A stretch of DNA of 64,000 nt from an uncultured Candidatus Saccharibacteria bacterium (GCA_963456245.1 CAUOKV010000002.1:55731-119730); one strand, 5' to 3'. Numbered from the stretch's first letter, positions 19,037 to 29,692 are shown. The notes: generated by a model from the letters alone, not told the origin. Translations and numbers: made by a program.

Positions 19037-20032
19037 TTAGGTTTCATGATGTGGCGGTACTTCGGCCAGCACTTGCCTGATTTCGTCGGTGGAAGTACAG
19101 GCGTAGAGGCGGGCTCGCAGGTCGCTAGCCCCGGCGAAGCCATTGACATATATCTTAAAGAAGTGCTTGAGTGAGTCGAAATTGCGGACTAGCTCGGGTC
19201 GCTCGGCAGGCATGATCTGGCGATATTTATCGTATTGGTCTAAGTGATAGCGGAATAGACTAAATAGCTCGGACCGGCTGTGCGGTCTGCCGGAGCGGTC
19301 AAAGCAAAACGGACTAGCGAAGACGCCTCGCCCGATCATGTAGCCATCTACGCCGGGGTACTGATGATGGAGTGCCGTGATCCGGGCATAGTCGGCGATA
19401 TCGCCGTTGATGACCAACCTGGTCAGCGGTGATAGTCGGTCTCGCAGGCTGACCAGCTCGGAGATCAGCTCGTAGTGGGCCGGGACTTTGCTCATCTCCT
19501 TGCGGGTGCGCAGATGGACTGTTAGGCAGGCTAGCTTCTGACTAAGCAAAAAGGTAATCCAATCCCGGTACTCCGCTACTCTCGTTCGCCCCAGCCTGGT
19601 CTTAACTGATACCGGTAGTCCGCCCTCCTTAGTGGCGGCGATAATCCGCTGAGCCAACTGGCAATTACCGATCATACCCGAGCCGGCACCGATCTTAGCT
19701 ACATCCTTAGCGGGGCAACCCATATTAATATCTATCCCGTCGAAGCCCTGCTCTCTGAGGGTGTGACTCATGGTGGCGAAGTGATCGGGCTCGGTTCCCC
19801 AGATCTGAGCCACGATGGGTGCTTCGCCGGCGTCGTGCGTCAGGCGACCGACGGTGGAGAAATTACCTTGCTCGCTACAAAAGCTGGCGGTATTGGTAAA
19901 CTCGGTCACGAAGACGTCGGGGCGAGCCGCCCGAGCGACGACATGACGAAAGACGATGTCGGTCACATCTTCCATTGGGGCAAGTACGCTGAAGGGTGAT
20001 GGCAACTTAGTCCAGAAGTTAATCGTGTTCAA
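19037..20032 (-). CDS. dus: tRNA-dihydrouridine synthase
   Basis: LAPMEDVTD, DINMGCP, SVKTRLG, HLRT, INGDI, MIGRG. Confidence 0.93.
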   Translation of the reverse strand: MNTINFWTKLPSPFSVLAPMEDVTDIVFRHVVARAARPDVFVTEFTNTASFCSEQGNFSTVGRLTHDAGEAPIVAQIWGTEPDHFATMSHTLREQGFDGIDINMGCPAKDVAKIGAGSGMIGNCQLAQRIIAATKEGGLPVSVKTRLGRTRVAEYRDWITFLLSQKLACLTVHLRTRKEMSKVPAHYELISELVSLRDRLSPLTRLVINGDIADYARITALHHQYPGVDGYMIGRGVFASPFCFDRSGRPHSRSELFSLFRYHLDQYDKYRQIMPAERPELVRNFDSLKHFFKIYVNGFAGASDLRARLYACTSTDEIRQVLAEVPPHHET

Positions 20033-23000
20033 TTAGCCACCTTTCGAACTGTTTAGTACCGGTCAGCGACCGGGCGAACTGGCTGACATCCGGGAAGTCA
20101 AGGTTAACGATCCGTCTATAGACTGCTTGAACCAGCTTAGTGAATTCGGCCATGTCGGCTAGCCGGCCGTAGTCAAATACCGGTGCGATCAATTGTCCGG
20201 TCTTAGGGTCCGGTACGACGAATTCGATTACCCCTTCGGTGACTTGCCAGTCATGATACTGATTCGAACTTTCAAAGAGCAATTTGTAAAACATCAGCTG
20301 GTTAGCATAGGCATGGATGCTATCTTTATTGATCGGGCTAAAGCTAGGGAAAAACTTGCCGGTCTTGTAATCGGTGATGATAGCTCGGTGCCGTTGACTA
20401 TCTAATTCGACGGCGTCCAGCTTGCCGTTTAGTCTCACGCCGTCAGAGATAGTCGCCTCCAGTCTGAGCTCGGCTCGCTGATTAGGGCGAAAGCTCTCGG
20501 AGCGTTTTTCATAGTAGGCGTCTATTATCGCCCTACCTTTGGCTGACCATTTTCGGGCAGTGGCTTCATCTAAGCTGGTGGTACGGAAGCTAGTCTGAAA
20601 GACTTGATAGGTCTGCTCGATCGGTGGCAGCTTGCCGGGGTGGTCTTCGCTACCGGCGTAGTTGTGTAGGCTCTGCATGACGGCATGGATGGCAGTACCG
20701 AATAGCTGATTAACGGTCTGAACTCCGGGTAGGCGCAAGAGCCGGTCGAGCAAGAATCGCTCCGGACCGCCATAAGTCAAGTCGGTAAAGGCGTTCAGGT
20801 CGCTGGCTGACAAGGAGTAGCTGCTCAATCGGTCGGCTAGGAGCGACTTCCGGTCGAGACTACTGTCTAAGAGGAAGCTAAAAGCACTAGTGGCTAGCTC
20901 CTTAGTCGCTTCAGGCGTATCCGGCTCATCTAGGCCGGTCGCCGGGATGTAGTCCAGGGCGTATTCCAGCTGATTCAGCTCCTTGCTACCCTGGTTGGAG
21001 TGTGATGATAGATGAAGCTGGCACATGGCTCTGGTGATGGCGACGAAGAATAGACGACGCTTTTCATCGTCGGTAGTGCCGGCATTATCAAGGGGTAAAT
21101 TAGGTGGTAGCTTGATCATGGCATTTTTCTCTCTGCACTTACTCCCCCACTCCTCGCTCTCGGCGTCTATTAGGTAGACGGTGTCGAATTCCAACCCCTT
21201 GGCTTTGTGGGCGGTCATTAGCTGGACACCTTCGGCAGTACCGTAAGTGGTGACCGAGCTGAGGCTCTCGTTAAGCGCCTGGTATCTGTCGGCAAATTTC
21301 AGCAGGTCGTTCAGAGTGTTTTTGCGGTCAGGCCGGTACTGTTCCAGGGCTTGACTCAGGGTGGTATAGTCGCCGAGGAAGTTTAAGTAGGCTAGGCTGT
21401 CTTGCTCCAGCTTGTCTGCTCCGAAATAGTACCGGTAAATCGGCGAGCGATATTTTTTCTCAGCCAAAGATACCGAGTCGTCCGGCCGGCCTGTCTCCCA
21501 ATCGTCTTCGTCGTTCGGCATCCCGGTAATCCCCATCAGCTCGGCACACATTACCTCTAGGGGGCTATCCAATGAGCGTTGCGCCTGCTCTTTGAGCCAG
21601 CCAATTAGGCGGGGTTGGCGCTTGGCGATAGCCTTAAACCAATTGCCCCACTGCGCCTCGGTATCCAGGCTGATCTGGTAAAACTCCTCCCCGCTGATGC
21701 CGAAAGCCGGGCTGGCAATAATATGCGGCAGATAAGCATTAGCATCGGTGATATTATTGTGAGCGATGCAAACTACCGCGCGGGCTAAGTTAAGCAGCAG
21801 CTTGATTAGCTCGGAATCAAAGACATTTTGCTGGTGCTGGTAGGTAAAAGGAATATTGAGAGCGGTCAGAAAGTCAGCCAGCTGAACCAGACTCTTGTGG
21901 CGACGAGCGATGACGGCGATCTGGGCCGGCTTCGCCCCCTGATCAATTGCTTGTTTGATTCTGCTGGCAACATGGCTAAATTCGCTGACTTGGCTGGTAG
22001 CAATCGTCCAATCAATCTGGCACTTGTAGTCGCTATGATGAGCTACTAGCTGTTTGGGAGTGCCGTCGGCATTAGTAAGGCGTTCGGTGATATCGCCGGC
22101 TACTTGCTCTGCCAGCTTGATGATGGCGGTGCCGCTACGATAATTAGTCTGCAGGTTGACCTGGCGCAACTTAGGGTAACGGCGAGTAAAGGTCTGAATA
22201 TTGCCGATATCTGCTCCCTGGAAGCGATAGATGGCCTGGTCGTCGTCGCCCACCACCATCAGATTGGGCTGATCATCATAGTCGGTCAGTAGATGAAGCA
22301 GGCGCATCTGTGCCTCATTGGTATCCTGAAATTCGTCGACCATGACATACTGGTACTGCTCCTGCAGGGTGGCCTTTAGCCCAGGATGCTCAGTGATCGC
22401 TTGAATCACCCGGAGGATCATGTCGTTAAAGTCATATAGTTGGCGCTCGTCCATCTTAATCAAGTATTGACGATAGATGTCCAGGGCAAACTTCAGCTTA
22501 CGACAATGCTCGGTGATTTTGAGTGTCTTAGCGCCGTTGTCATTATTGCCGACCCAGCGATTCTTGAAGGCGGTGATTGGTTTGGTGCTGTCATCTTCAC
22601 TAGCTGTAGTGTAAGCCTCTGCTAAGTCATTAGCCATGATCTGAGCTAGGGTTGGAGTAATGGCCTGGGCTAACGGCGGGGTCTTCTTGCCGAGTCGGCG
22701 CAGTTCGACTAGTAGGTCATCGCACTTAGAAATAGTTTTCTTGCTGATGCTCTTAATAAATACTTCGTTGATGGTGGGCTCTATATCGGTACTAAAGTCC
22801 AGATCTTGCTTAACCAGCTCTTCCAGCTGATCCGGGGTCAGCCCCGAGTTCTTAAAGTCGCCGATGAGCTTCTGTATAGTCTTTAGATAGATTGGCTGAC
22901 CGTTGGGGTTGAGCGTGGCTAGGGGGTTGTCGTAGCTGAGTCCGGCTATGATTTCAGTCAGAATCTCGGCCTGAGTTAGTTGATCGGCTGGCTGATAATT

Positions 23001-23339
23001 GGCGCCGCTGTAAAAATACTCGCCGAAGCGCCCGATAATCGTCGAGCAGAAGCTATGAAAAGTTTGGATCTCTACCTGATAAGCCGTCGAGCCGATGATC
23101 TGGGCCAGGCGTTTCACCATATTAGCCGAGCCGGAGTCGGTGAAGGTCAAGCAGAGGATGTTTGACGGGTCGGCGTCGGTCTGATGTAGGATATTGGCTG
23201 CCCGCATGGCGAGGAGCTCAGTCTTGCCGGTGCCCGGCCCGGCCACCACCATCAAGGGGCCGCTGATGATATCGACAGCTTGCCGCTGCTGGGCATTTAA
23301 TCCTTTAAGACGCCTACTAAACTCAGCTTCATAATCCAT
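20019..23339 (-). CDS. UvrD/PcrA-family helicase fused to C-terminal PD-(D/E)XK nuclease
   Basis: AGPGTGKT, VDEFQDTN, VGDDDQAIYRFQGA, MTAHKAKGLEF, FFVAITRA; GKLDAV...TDYKTG, QLMFY. Confidence 0.93.
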   Translation of the reverse strand: MDYEAEFSRRLKGLNAQQRQAVDIISGPLMVVAGPGTGKTELLAMRAANILHQTDADPSNILCLTFTDSGSANMVKRLAQIIGSTAYQVEIQTFHSFCSTIIGRFGEYFYSGANYQPADQLTQAEILTEIIAGLSYDNPLATLNPNGQPIYLKTIQKLIGDFKNSGLTPDQLEELVKQDLDFSTDIEPTINEVFIKSISKKTISKCDDLLVELRRLGKKTPPLAQAITPTLAQIMANDLAEAYTTASEDDSTKPITAFKNRWVGNNDNGAKTLKITEHCRKLKFALDIYRQYLIKMDERQLYDFNDMILRVIQAITEHPGLKATLQEQYQYVMVDEFQDTNEAQMRLLHLLTDYDDQPNLMVVGDDDQAIYRFQGADIGNIQTFTRRYPKLRQVNLQTNYRSGTAIIKLAEQVAGDITERLTNADGTPKQLVAHHSDYKCQIDWTIATSQVSEFSHVASRIKQAIDQGAKPAQIAVIARRHKSLVQLADFLTALNIPFTYQHQQNVFDSELIKLLLNLARAVVCIAHNNITDANAYLPHIIASPAFGISGEEFYQISLDTEAQWGNWFKAIAKRQPRLIGWLKEQAQRSLDSPLEVMCAELMGITGMPNDEDDWETGRPDDSVSLAEKKYRSPIYRYYFGADKLEQDSLAYLNFLGDYTTLSQALEQYRPDRKNTLNDLLKFADRYQALNESLSSVTTYGTAEGVQLMTAHKAKGLEFDTVYLIDAESEEWGSKCREKNAMIKLPPNLPLDNAGTTDDEKRRLFFVAITRAMCQLHLSSHSNQGSKELNQLEYALDYIPATGLDEPDTPEATKELATSAFSFLLDSSLDRKSLLADRLSSYSLSASDLNAFTDLTYGGPERFLLDRLLRLPGVQTVNQLFGTAIHAVMQSLHNYAGSEDHPGKLPPIEQTYQVFQTSFRTTSLDEATARKWSAKGRAIIDAYYEKRSESFRPNQRAELRLEATISDGVRLNGKLDAVELDSQRHRAIITDYKTGKFFPSFSPINKDSIHAYANQLMFYKLLFESSNQYHDWQVTEGVIEFVVPDPKTGQLIAPVFDYGRLADMAEFTKLVQAVYRRIVNLDFPDVSQFARSLTGTKQFERWLIEHD

Positions 23340-23490
23340 GACTATATTCTACCTCATCTTCATTGAGATGAGCTCTATATCACATGTATAGTATCTTATA
23401 AATGCTGGCCACCAGCCGGCTTGGGCTATCTAAATAAAGATAGCTGTCCTATGGCGCAAGCTGTTGTATGTAAAGAGGGTAAAATGGCGA

Positions 23491-24012
23491 CTACATATGT
23501 AGGCGCTGATAGCCAAATCTAACCAGCTCGGGAGCGATATCCTCATAACTCTTGCCGGCCAGCAAACCGCCGGCGATGAAGTCTTCTTGAGTAACATCTG
23601 CCAAGATAAAGTCAGGCGGAGTGAACGACGCCTTGGCGTCAAGTGAATCAAATTCGAAATCAATTAGCACTAGCCCGGCTAACTTGCCGGTAAAAACGTC
23701 AAGCTCGGCTTTACTACCGTCAATCTGCATCTTATACCGATCCTTAGCAACTCTCTTTTGGCTAGCTATAGCAAGTGCCTCGAATTCATCTTCGCTCAGG
23801 CTAATGGTCTGCTCTACCTGAGCCGAGGCGTCGCCATCCTTGATGGGCGTCTTCTTGGTTATCTCGTAATGGTCATCTTGCCGGCGTAAACGCAAATGAG
23901 CATGACCCGGGGTATCAGGAATGTAGATATCAAGCAGATGGCTGGGTGATACACCGGCAACCTCTTTCGGTATTGATTTAACCAGGTAAGTTAGCTCTAG
24001 TTCAGTTTCCAC
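23491..24012 (-). CDS. CYTH-domain protein
   Basis: GTG start after GGAGG; ELELTYL, LRLRR, KDRY, ELDVF...LVLIDFEF. Confidence 0.8.
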   Translation of the reverse strand: METELELTYLVKSIPKEVAGVSPSHLLDIYIPDTPGHAHLRLRRQDDHYEITKKTPIKDGDASAQVEQTISLSEDEFEALAIASQKRVAKDRYKMQIDGSKAELDVFTGKLAGLVLIDFEFDSLDAKASFTPPDFILADVTQEDFIAGGLLAGKSYEDIAPELVRFGYQRLHM

Positions 24013-24224
24013 GTAATAGTCCTCCGTTATTTTGTTGGATGTAGTTACATACTTTTCTAAATCCAGCGATATATTTATTGGCTTTATCGCATGACCCTGC
24101 CTAATCTCCAAGCAAAACGAGTAGTGCTATGTTTGTAGCATCATGAAAGACCAAACTAACAACACTACTCATAACCATAATAACACCATATGTCAGCGCC
24201 GGATATGTTAAAATTACGGTAGTT

Positions 24225-24713
24225 ATGAATGATCAGCTGTACGATGAAGTTAGCTTAGAGCGCCGCATCTATGAGGAGTTTAAGCTGGATACTAAGATTC
24301 AGTCGATCATCGTCCGACAGATACCGGCCGGTCGTAGTGCCGTGGCGACTGTCTTTCTAAGCGAAAAGCACCAGCTATACTGCTTCATTGATTCGCCGAT
24401 GCGTCTGACTTTGCGAGATGCCCGTAAAATCATTAGTCGGATGGGTCTAAAAGCGCTGAAGTACCTGCCGCCCCATGATGACGAAGCATATTTCGACACC
24501 GTCGCTAGAGACAAGTTCAACGCTATGTTTCCGGGTAGAATGGTGGTGACCAGCGAAGACCTCTTCTACTACAAAACGATGGCACCCTACTGCCCCGCTC
24601 TAGTGCAAATAGGAGAAGTGACCTGCGGCGTGATCAAGCAATACGACCCTACGGCGGTGGGTAGCTGGCGGCCTAGCGTCAAGTTTAGCTATCGGCGCTT
24701 GCAGACCAGCTAG
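24225..24713 (+). CDS. Hypothetical protein
   Basis: 162-aa ORF with extended -10 upstream; no recognised motif. Confidence 0.7.
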   Translation: MNDQLYDEVSLERRIYEEFKLDTKIQSIIVRQIPAGRSAVATVFLSEKHQLYCFIDSPMRLTLRDARKIISRMGLKALKYLPPHDDEAYFDTVARDKFNAMFPGRMVVTSEDLFYYKTMAPYCPALVQIGEVTCGVIKQYDPTAVGSWRPSVKFSYRRLQTS

Positions 24714-25423
24714 GCGCTTTTCTTGTTTGATCTACTGCCGGATTTTGGTGCAGTTTTGGCGGTTTTCTTAGTCTTGCCGATCTTCGGCTTAGTAGCTTCT
24801 ACTCCTACTCGGTCGGCCGGTTTGGCATCGTGTTCCGCTTGGTTGGTGGTATCTGTTTGCGACTTAGGCTCTCCATCTTCACCGTGGCTGGTTGAGATGC
24901 GACTGAGCCAACGCTCTGTATGGCGGTGCTTGGCGATGCGCAGTCCGACCATCCCGATAATGATGGGTACGATGCCGGTTGCGGCAATGCTGCCGGAGGC
25001 AAAGATAGTTTGACGGAGCGTCTTCTTGCCCGAGTTCTGGTGGTCGGGCAGATAAGCGTTATTGGCGGGGTGATTCGGGTCGTATTTGATCTTGACTGGC
25101 TGTCCACTATGGAGGCGACATTTATCGGTGGTCGGTTCACCGCGATAGCCCAGGATGGCGGTATATTCATCGCCTTTGATCCGAAAGCGATAATCTACTT
25201 GGCAGGCCTGATTGTTGCGACCACGTTCGTCGTCGCCGATACCGGTTATCTTATTCACGCTGATTACCCGGGCATTTGTCTCCTTGGTGCGTCTGGTCGA
25301 GGCTTGGTATTGCCAGATGGTGACGACGGACAGCAGTAAAGTAGCCAGCCCGATCAAGATCAAGATCTGGCAAGCGGGGCGAAACATTATCCCGATGAGG
25401 CGACGGCTGGTGCTGTGCGTCAC
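24710..25423 (-). CDS. DUF3592-like 2-TM membrane protein
   Basis: TM, beta domain (VDYRF...VKIKYDPNHPANN), TM, basic tail. Confidence 0.65.
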   Translation of the reverse strand: MTHSTSRRLIGIMFRPACQILILIGLATLLLSVVTIWQYQASTRRTKETNARVISVNKITGIGDDERGRNNQACQVDYRFRIKGDEYTAILGYRGEPTTDKCRLHSGQPVKIKYDPNHPANNAYLPDHQNSGKKTLRQTIFASGSIAATGIVPIIIGMVGLRIAKHRHTERWLSRISTSHGEDGEPKSQTDTTNQAEHDAKPADRVGVEATKPKIGKTKKTAKTAPKSGSRSNKKSA

Positions 25424-25426
25424 GGA

Positions 25427-26053
25427 CTAATCCCTCTCTGACTTCGCTTTCGATTTGCGAGTGGCTCGCTGGTCCTCCTCTAGAGCATCCTCTTCAATCT
25501 CGAGAGCCCGATGGATAGCGACCAGCCCAACGAAGCCGATGCCCAGCGGTAAAGCACTAATGATGGCTGTGGCAACGGCGATGAAGAGTAGCCACTCCTC
25601 ATCTTTTTGATTATCACCATAGGAGTTGTTAGCCGGGCTGAGCTTATCGTAGCGAATGGTGGCTTGCTTGACCTGACTGACTTCACGGTACTTGCCCGGC
25701 TGTGATTGCCCTGCTGTCTCGTCGGCAGTCTTGATGTAGCAGCCGGCGTAATTAATGGTCGGTTGCCAGCCGGTCTTGCTGCTATACTCTTTGTCGCCAA
25801 GCTTGAAGTCATACTTCACCCGACAGCTCTCGTTGCCGTAGCGGTCAGTCGTGCGCCTCACCCCTCGAATGGTTGCCTTGGCGGTGGTGGTACGCTTAGT
25901 GTAGGCGACGTAGTTGTCGGCGATGGTAAGAGCCTGGTACAGCCCAAAGACACCGACGACCACTAGCGTGACGCAGATAATGCGGTAGATGGTTCGGGCG
26001 ACGATGCTCGTGCGAACGTGTTGTTGTAGCTTCTTCTTTCTTCCCCTTGTCAT
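25427..26053 (-). CDS. DUF3592-like 2-TM membrane protein (paralog)
   Basis: Same layout (VKYDF...TIRYDKLSPANN). Confidence 0.65.
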   Translation of the reverse strand: MTRGRKKKLQQHVRTSIVARTIYRIICVTLVVVGVFGLYQALTIADNYVAYTKRTTTAKATIRGVRRTTDRYGNESCRVKYDFKLGDKEYSSKTGWQPTINYAGCYIKTADETAGQSQPGKYREVSQVKQATIRYDKLSPANNSYGDNQKDEEWLLFIAVATAIISALPLGIGFVGLVAIHRALEIEEDALEEDQRATRKSKAKSERD

Positions 26054-26098
26054 AATAGTCTGATTCTACCACGCCGGGCTATTTATGGCTATCGCCTG

Positions 26099-26638
26099 TT
26101 AGTCTTCAAACTTCAGCTCGGCGATCTTTTTGATATCCATGCCTATTTTCCTATATAGCTCTGTGGTATTCTCTGCCACCAGAGTTTGCTCAGAGTAGCC
26201 AAGGCGAGAGGCGGTTGCTATCACCTCGGCCGAGTTGGTCGCTTCTATCTCGACGTATGGTTCTAGCTTTGGCCAGCTGTCAATAGCGACCTGGACACCG
26301 TCTAACTGATATTCTTCACGCTTGTTCTCTTGATAGCCCCGTGGCTTTATGCCAATCTTCTCTAAGATTTTGAGAGTGGTGGCGAGCTCTGACACTGTAA
26401 CTCCCCATTCATTAGTGCCATCTATGGTATTACTATTTATCTCTTTGACTGTTAACGTAGTGGACTTGCCGTCCGATCGGAGGCGCACCCAACGGTCCGG
26501 CGATGCCGGTATGGTATCAAAGACGTAACGTCGAAAGTGATAATCACCAACCTTGGTTGCACCGATTTTCTTGAGTCTGCGCCGAATCATCACCGGATCA
26601 ATATTTGTAATCTTCGCTTCATGCTCTATATCTGACAT
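26099..26638 (-). CDS. CYTH/class IV adenylate cyclase family protein
   Basis: EHEAK (ExExK), WVRLR, QENKREEY, PYVEIE. Confidence 0.88.
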   Translation of the reverse strand: MSDIEHEAKITNIDPVMIRRRLKKIGATKVGDYHFRRYVFDTIPASPDRWVRLRSDGKSTTLTVKEINSNTIDGTNEWGVTVSELATTLKILEKIGIKPRGYQENKREEYQLDGVQVAIDSWPKLEPYVEIEATNSAEVIATASRLGYSEQTLVAENTTELYRKIGMDIKKIAELKFED

Positions 26639-26689
26639 ATGTCTATTATCTCATAGATATGGTCGTCAACTTTATTAGGTGAGCCCGCC

Positions 26690-28708
26690 CTACTCTGCCC
26701 TGAGGTCGCTGGCGGGTGAGCGATGGGTGTTGCTGATGATTGGCTGGATGCTGGCGATTAGCGCCACTACGATGATGCTGAGGTTGACGAGTGCCAGCTG
26801 AGCCAACGTAGATTCGTCGATGACAAATAGCTTGATCTGCGATGACCCGCCGATGATGCTGACTGACGACCGAGCGATGGCGGTAAGCTTCGGAGCGAAG
26901 ACTTGGTCAATGGCGACCGATATGCCTATGCCGATAATCCCGGCGATGATGATGGTCAAGATAGCCAGCATCAGGGCGTACACCAGGTATATCAGGGTGA
27001 TATCTCGGCGCTTGGCACCGATAGCTCGATAGACGGCAGTCTCTTGCCGACTCTCGGAGATGATTCGAGAGATGGTAGTCCAGATGATGATGATAGCCAG
27101 CCCGGCGATGATGGCAGCGACGATGGTGATGGTTTGCCTGAGCTGTCTCGCCAGCTCGTCAAGCACCAGGAAGTTGACACCGTATTGCTCCGCTACATAG
27201 GGCTTGCTGCTGTCGCTAGCCCTTTGCTCAGTCGTGGTTTGTTCGGTCATGAACCGATGAGCCTGTTGAGCAGTAGCAAACTCCAGTAGTCCGTAGGGAA
27301 ATTGCTTGGCAAGCCGGTCGGGTAAGTCCAGAGTGTCAAGTATATCGGGTTTTTCACCGATGATATTGTCAAGCTTCTGCTTGGTCGGCAGGCGGCTATA
27401 GAGATTGACCGGGATGAGCGCCATGTTATTGAAGAATGGACGAGCAGCCAAGATTGACTTGCCGATACCGATAAGGTCTTTGCCGTTGTCGTCCTGTGTA
27501 TTCGACTCGTTAGACACGCCCACAACTTGCATGGTGATGAGCTGGTGGTATGGCAAGATTGGCTCGCCTTGGCGTTGTTTGAGCAGATTTTGCTTGTCTT
27601 GCTCTGCTTTCTGTTCGGCGGTGCGCTTATCGGCAATGATGGTGATATCGCCACAAGGTGTGGTCGGTAGACGATAATATAGCCCCGCCCCATCGGTTGG
27701 CACCCAGGCGGTCTTCGATTTATTGGCATTACTACTATTAGAATCTTTGGAATCAGTACTGGCTAGCTCATTTCTCGCCTGCTGAATCTTAGTCAAGATG
27801 TCCTGCTCGACTTTGTTACGATGGCAGATCTGATAAGTGAAGCCGCTCGCTTTAGTCTTGATCTGTTTGAGCCAGTCTACCCTAGCCTGATCGTCAGCGG
27901 GTGGCTGCGGGCTGACACCAAGCCGGCCGGCAAATTTCTTAGCTAAGTGAGCGGCGGGGATGACTACCGGGACACCCTTGAGCCGACCATGATAAGTGAT
28001 ATATTTGTCTGTCAGCTTACCGGCGGCGCCGATGTAGTGGGCGGAGCTGATCGGGTTGTCGTCATAGATTAGTTTGCTATCTACCCAGTCTTTGAGCTCT
28101 TCCTTGCCGTCCACGACCAGCTTAGTGTCGATGAATTTGTAGAATAAGTCACTATTGGGGCTGGGATAATAGCCGGTGGAGCCATACTTCTTGGCGGTGG
28201 CAATTAGATTGGCTGTCTTATTGGTGGCTGACTTAGCCCATCGTTCGTATTCTCGGTTAAATAGTTGCTTGGTGATACTGGAGCTATGGTCAATGGTGAC
28301 TTGGTACTTAGCCGGCTCACTCTTGTTGCTGAATTCGTCAAACTTAAGCGCCGGCGCATCTTCGCCGGGGTCATACTTTAGCCCTTGCGCCTGATATTGC
28401 TTACTCTTGGCAGCCCGATATTGGGTCTCGAAGTTTCTGACCTCGTCGATGGTCCGGTGAGATGGATTGTTGAATTTGTCGATAATCTTATTGGTCGGGA
28501 TGTTGGCGTTGATGGCGACCTGATAGCGCTTGCCGCCCACCTCTTTAATGAAACGATCCAGGCTGGTGATGACCCCGTTAGCGATGACAATCGTGGCGAT
28601 CAGTACACCGAAGAGCAGTCCTGAGGTGATCAGTGACAGAATAGTCAGTCGGCGCTTGGTGTGGAACTTTGCCTTGGCGAGGCGGATGGCGTTCAGAGTC
28701 TTGATCAT
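26690..28708 (-). CDS. FtsX/MacB-type ABC permease
   Basis: N-terminal TM, large extracellular domain, ESRQETAVYRAIGAKR and three C-terminal TMs. Confidence 0.85.
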   Translation of the reverse strand: MIKTLNAIRLAKAKFHTKRRLTILSLITSGLLFGVLIATIVIANGVITSLDRFIKEVGGKRYQVAINANIPTNKIIDKFNNPSHRTIDEVRNFETQYRAAKSKQYQAQGLKYDPGEDAPALKFDEFSNKSEPAKYQVTIDHSSSITKQLFNREYERWAKSATNKTANLIATAKKYGSTGYYPSPNSDLFYKFIDTKLVVDGKEELKDWVDSKLIYDDNPISSAHYIGAAGKLTDKYITYHGRLKGVPVVIPAAHLAKKFAGRLGVSPQPPADDQARVDWLKQIKTKASGFTYQICHRNKVEQDILTKIQQARNELASTDSKDSNSSNANKSKTAWVPTDGAGLYYRLPTTPCGDITIIADKRTAEQKAEQDKQNLLKQRQGEPILPYHQLITMQVVGVSNESNTQDDNGKDLIGIGKSILAARPFFNNMALIPVNLYSRLPTKQKLDNIIGEKPDILDTLDLPDRLAKQFPYGLLEFATAQQAHRFMTEQTTTEQRASDSSKPYVAEQYGVNFLVLDELARQLRQTITIVAAIIAGLAIIIIWTTISRIISESRQETAVYRAIGAKRRDITLIYLVYALMLAILTIIIAGIIGIGISVAIDQVFAPKLTAIARSSVSIIGGSSQIKLFVIDESTLAQLALVNLSIIVVALIASIQPIISNTHRSPASDLRAE

Positions 28709-29466
28709 AGTCCCCCCGCCTTCGTCTCCGCCGGTCGGTTGGCGGCGGCTGTATCTCTGACGATCGCCCCGTCACGTAGCTCAATGACTCGGTCGGCTTC
28801 TCCGGCAATCTGTTGGTTGTGGGTGACTATCACTACTGTCGTACCGAGCTGACGATTAATCTGATGAAAGATGCCGGTGATAGTCCGACTGTTTGCCGAG
28901 TCCAGGTTGCCGGTCGGTTCATCAGCCAGCAGTATGCTCGGACGATTGATGATGGCTCGGCAGATGGCGACTCGCTGGGCTTGTCCGCCCGATAGTTCGC
29001 TCGGCAAGGCATCAATCTTCTCGTCAAGTCCGACGGCGTAGAGAGTCTGGCGAGCCTTATCTCGGGCTTGGTTGTAGGGCTGTCCGGCGAACATCGTCGG
29101 CACTACGACATTATTGACGACGGAGAGGAATGGCTGGAGGTGAAACGCCTGGAAAACGAAGCCGATGCTGGTGCTGCGTAGCTGACTCAGCTGGTTGTCA
29201 TTGAGCCTGGCGATGTCTTGTCCATTGATGTAGACCTGACCGGCCGAAGGTTTCTCCAGGGCACCGATCAGTCGCAGCATAGTGCTCTTGCCGCTACCGC
29301 TCTCTCCGGTGATGGCGACAAACTCGCCCGGTCGAATGCTTAACGATACATCCCGCAAGGCGGTTACTGTCTGACGCCTGAGCTGATAAGATTGGCTAAC
29401 TTGACTCAGCAATATGGCACTATTGCCGCCGGCTACTTTTTGGTTTACCTCTTTCCCACCTGCCAT
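28705..29466 (-). CDS. LolD/MacB-type ABC ATP-binding protein
   Basis: [28 protein letters not shown]. Confidence 0.95.
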   Translation of the reverse strand: MAGGKEVNQKVAGGNSAILLSQVSQSYQLRRQTVTALRDVSLSIRPGEFVAITGESGSGKSTMLRLIGALEKPSAGQVYINGQDIARLNDNQLSQLRSTSIGFVFQAFHLQPFLSVVNNVVVPTMFAGQPYNQARDKARQTLYAVGLDEKIDALPSELSGGQAQRVAICRAIINRPSILLADEPTGNLDSANSRTITGIFHQINRQLGTTVVIVTHNQQIAGEADRVIELRDGAIVRDTAAANRPAETKAGGL

Positions 29467-29692
29467 TACTGATTATTAGTATAGTCCAGGTTTTCAGTTG
29501 TGGCAAGGCAGAACAACATGCTGTCTGCAAGATCTGTTGCAATAAATCTTGGATGACTAATTTATGACGTGCGTGTTGGGCTTGTATTTTGACTAAACTA
29601 CAACGCTTACTACAATAAGCACATCTTGTATTCGCTTATGGTATGACCTATACTCCCTTTGAGGGGAAGTTAAGTAGGCTAGGCTAGTCAAA

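Noticed and set aside
22246..22255. TCGCCCACCA resembling a displaced tRNA-Leu 3' end (attR)
   Set aside because: Lies within the conserved VVGDDDQ motif of an intact helicase; chance match
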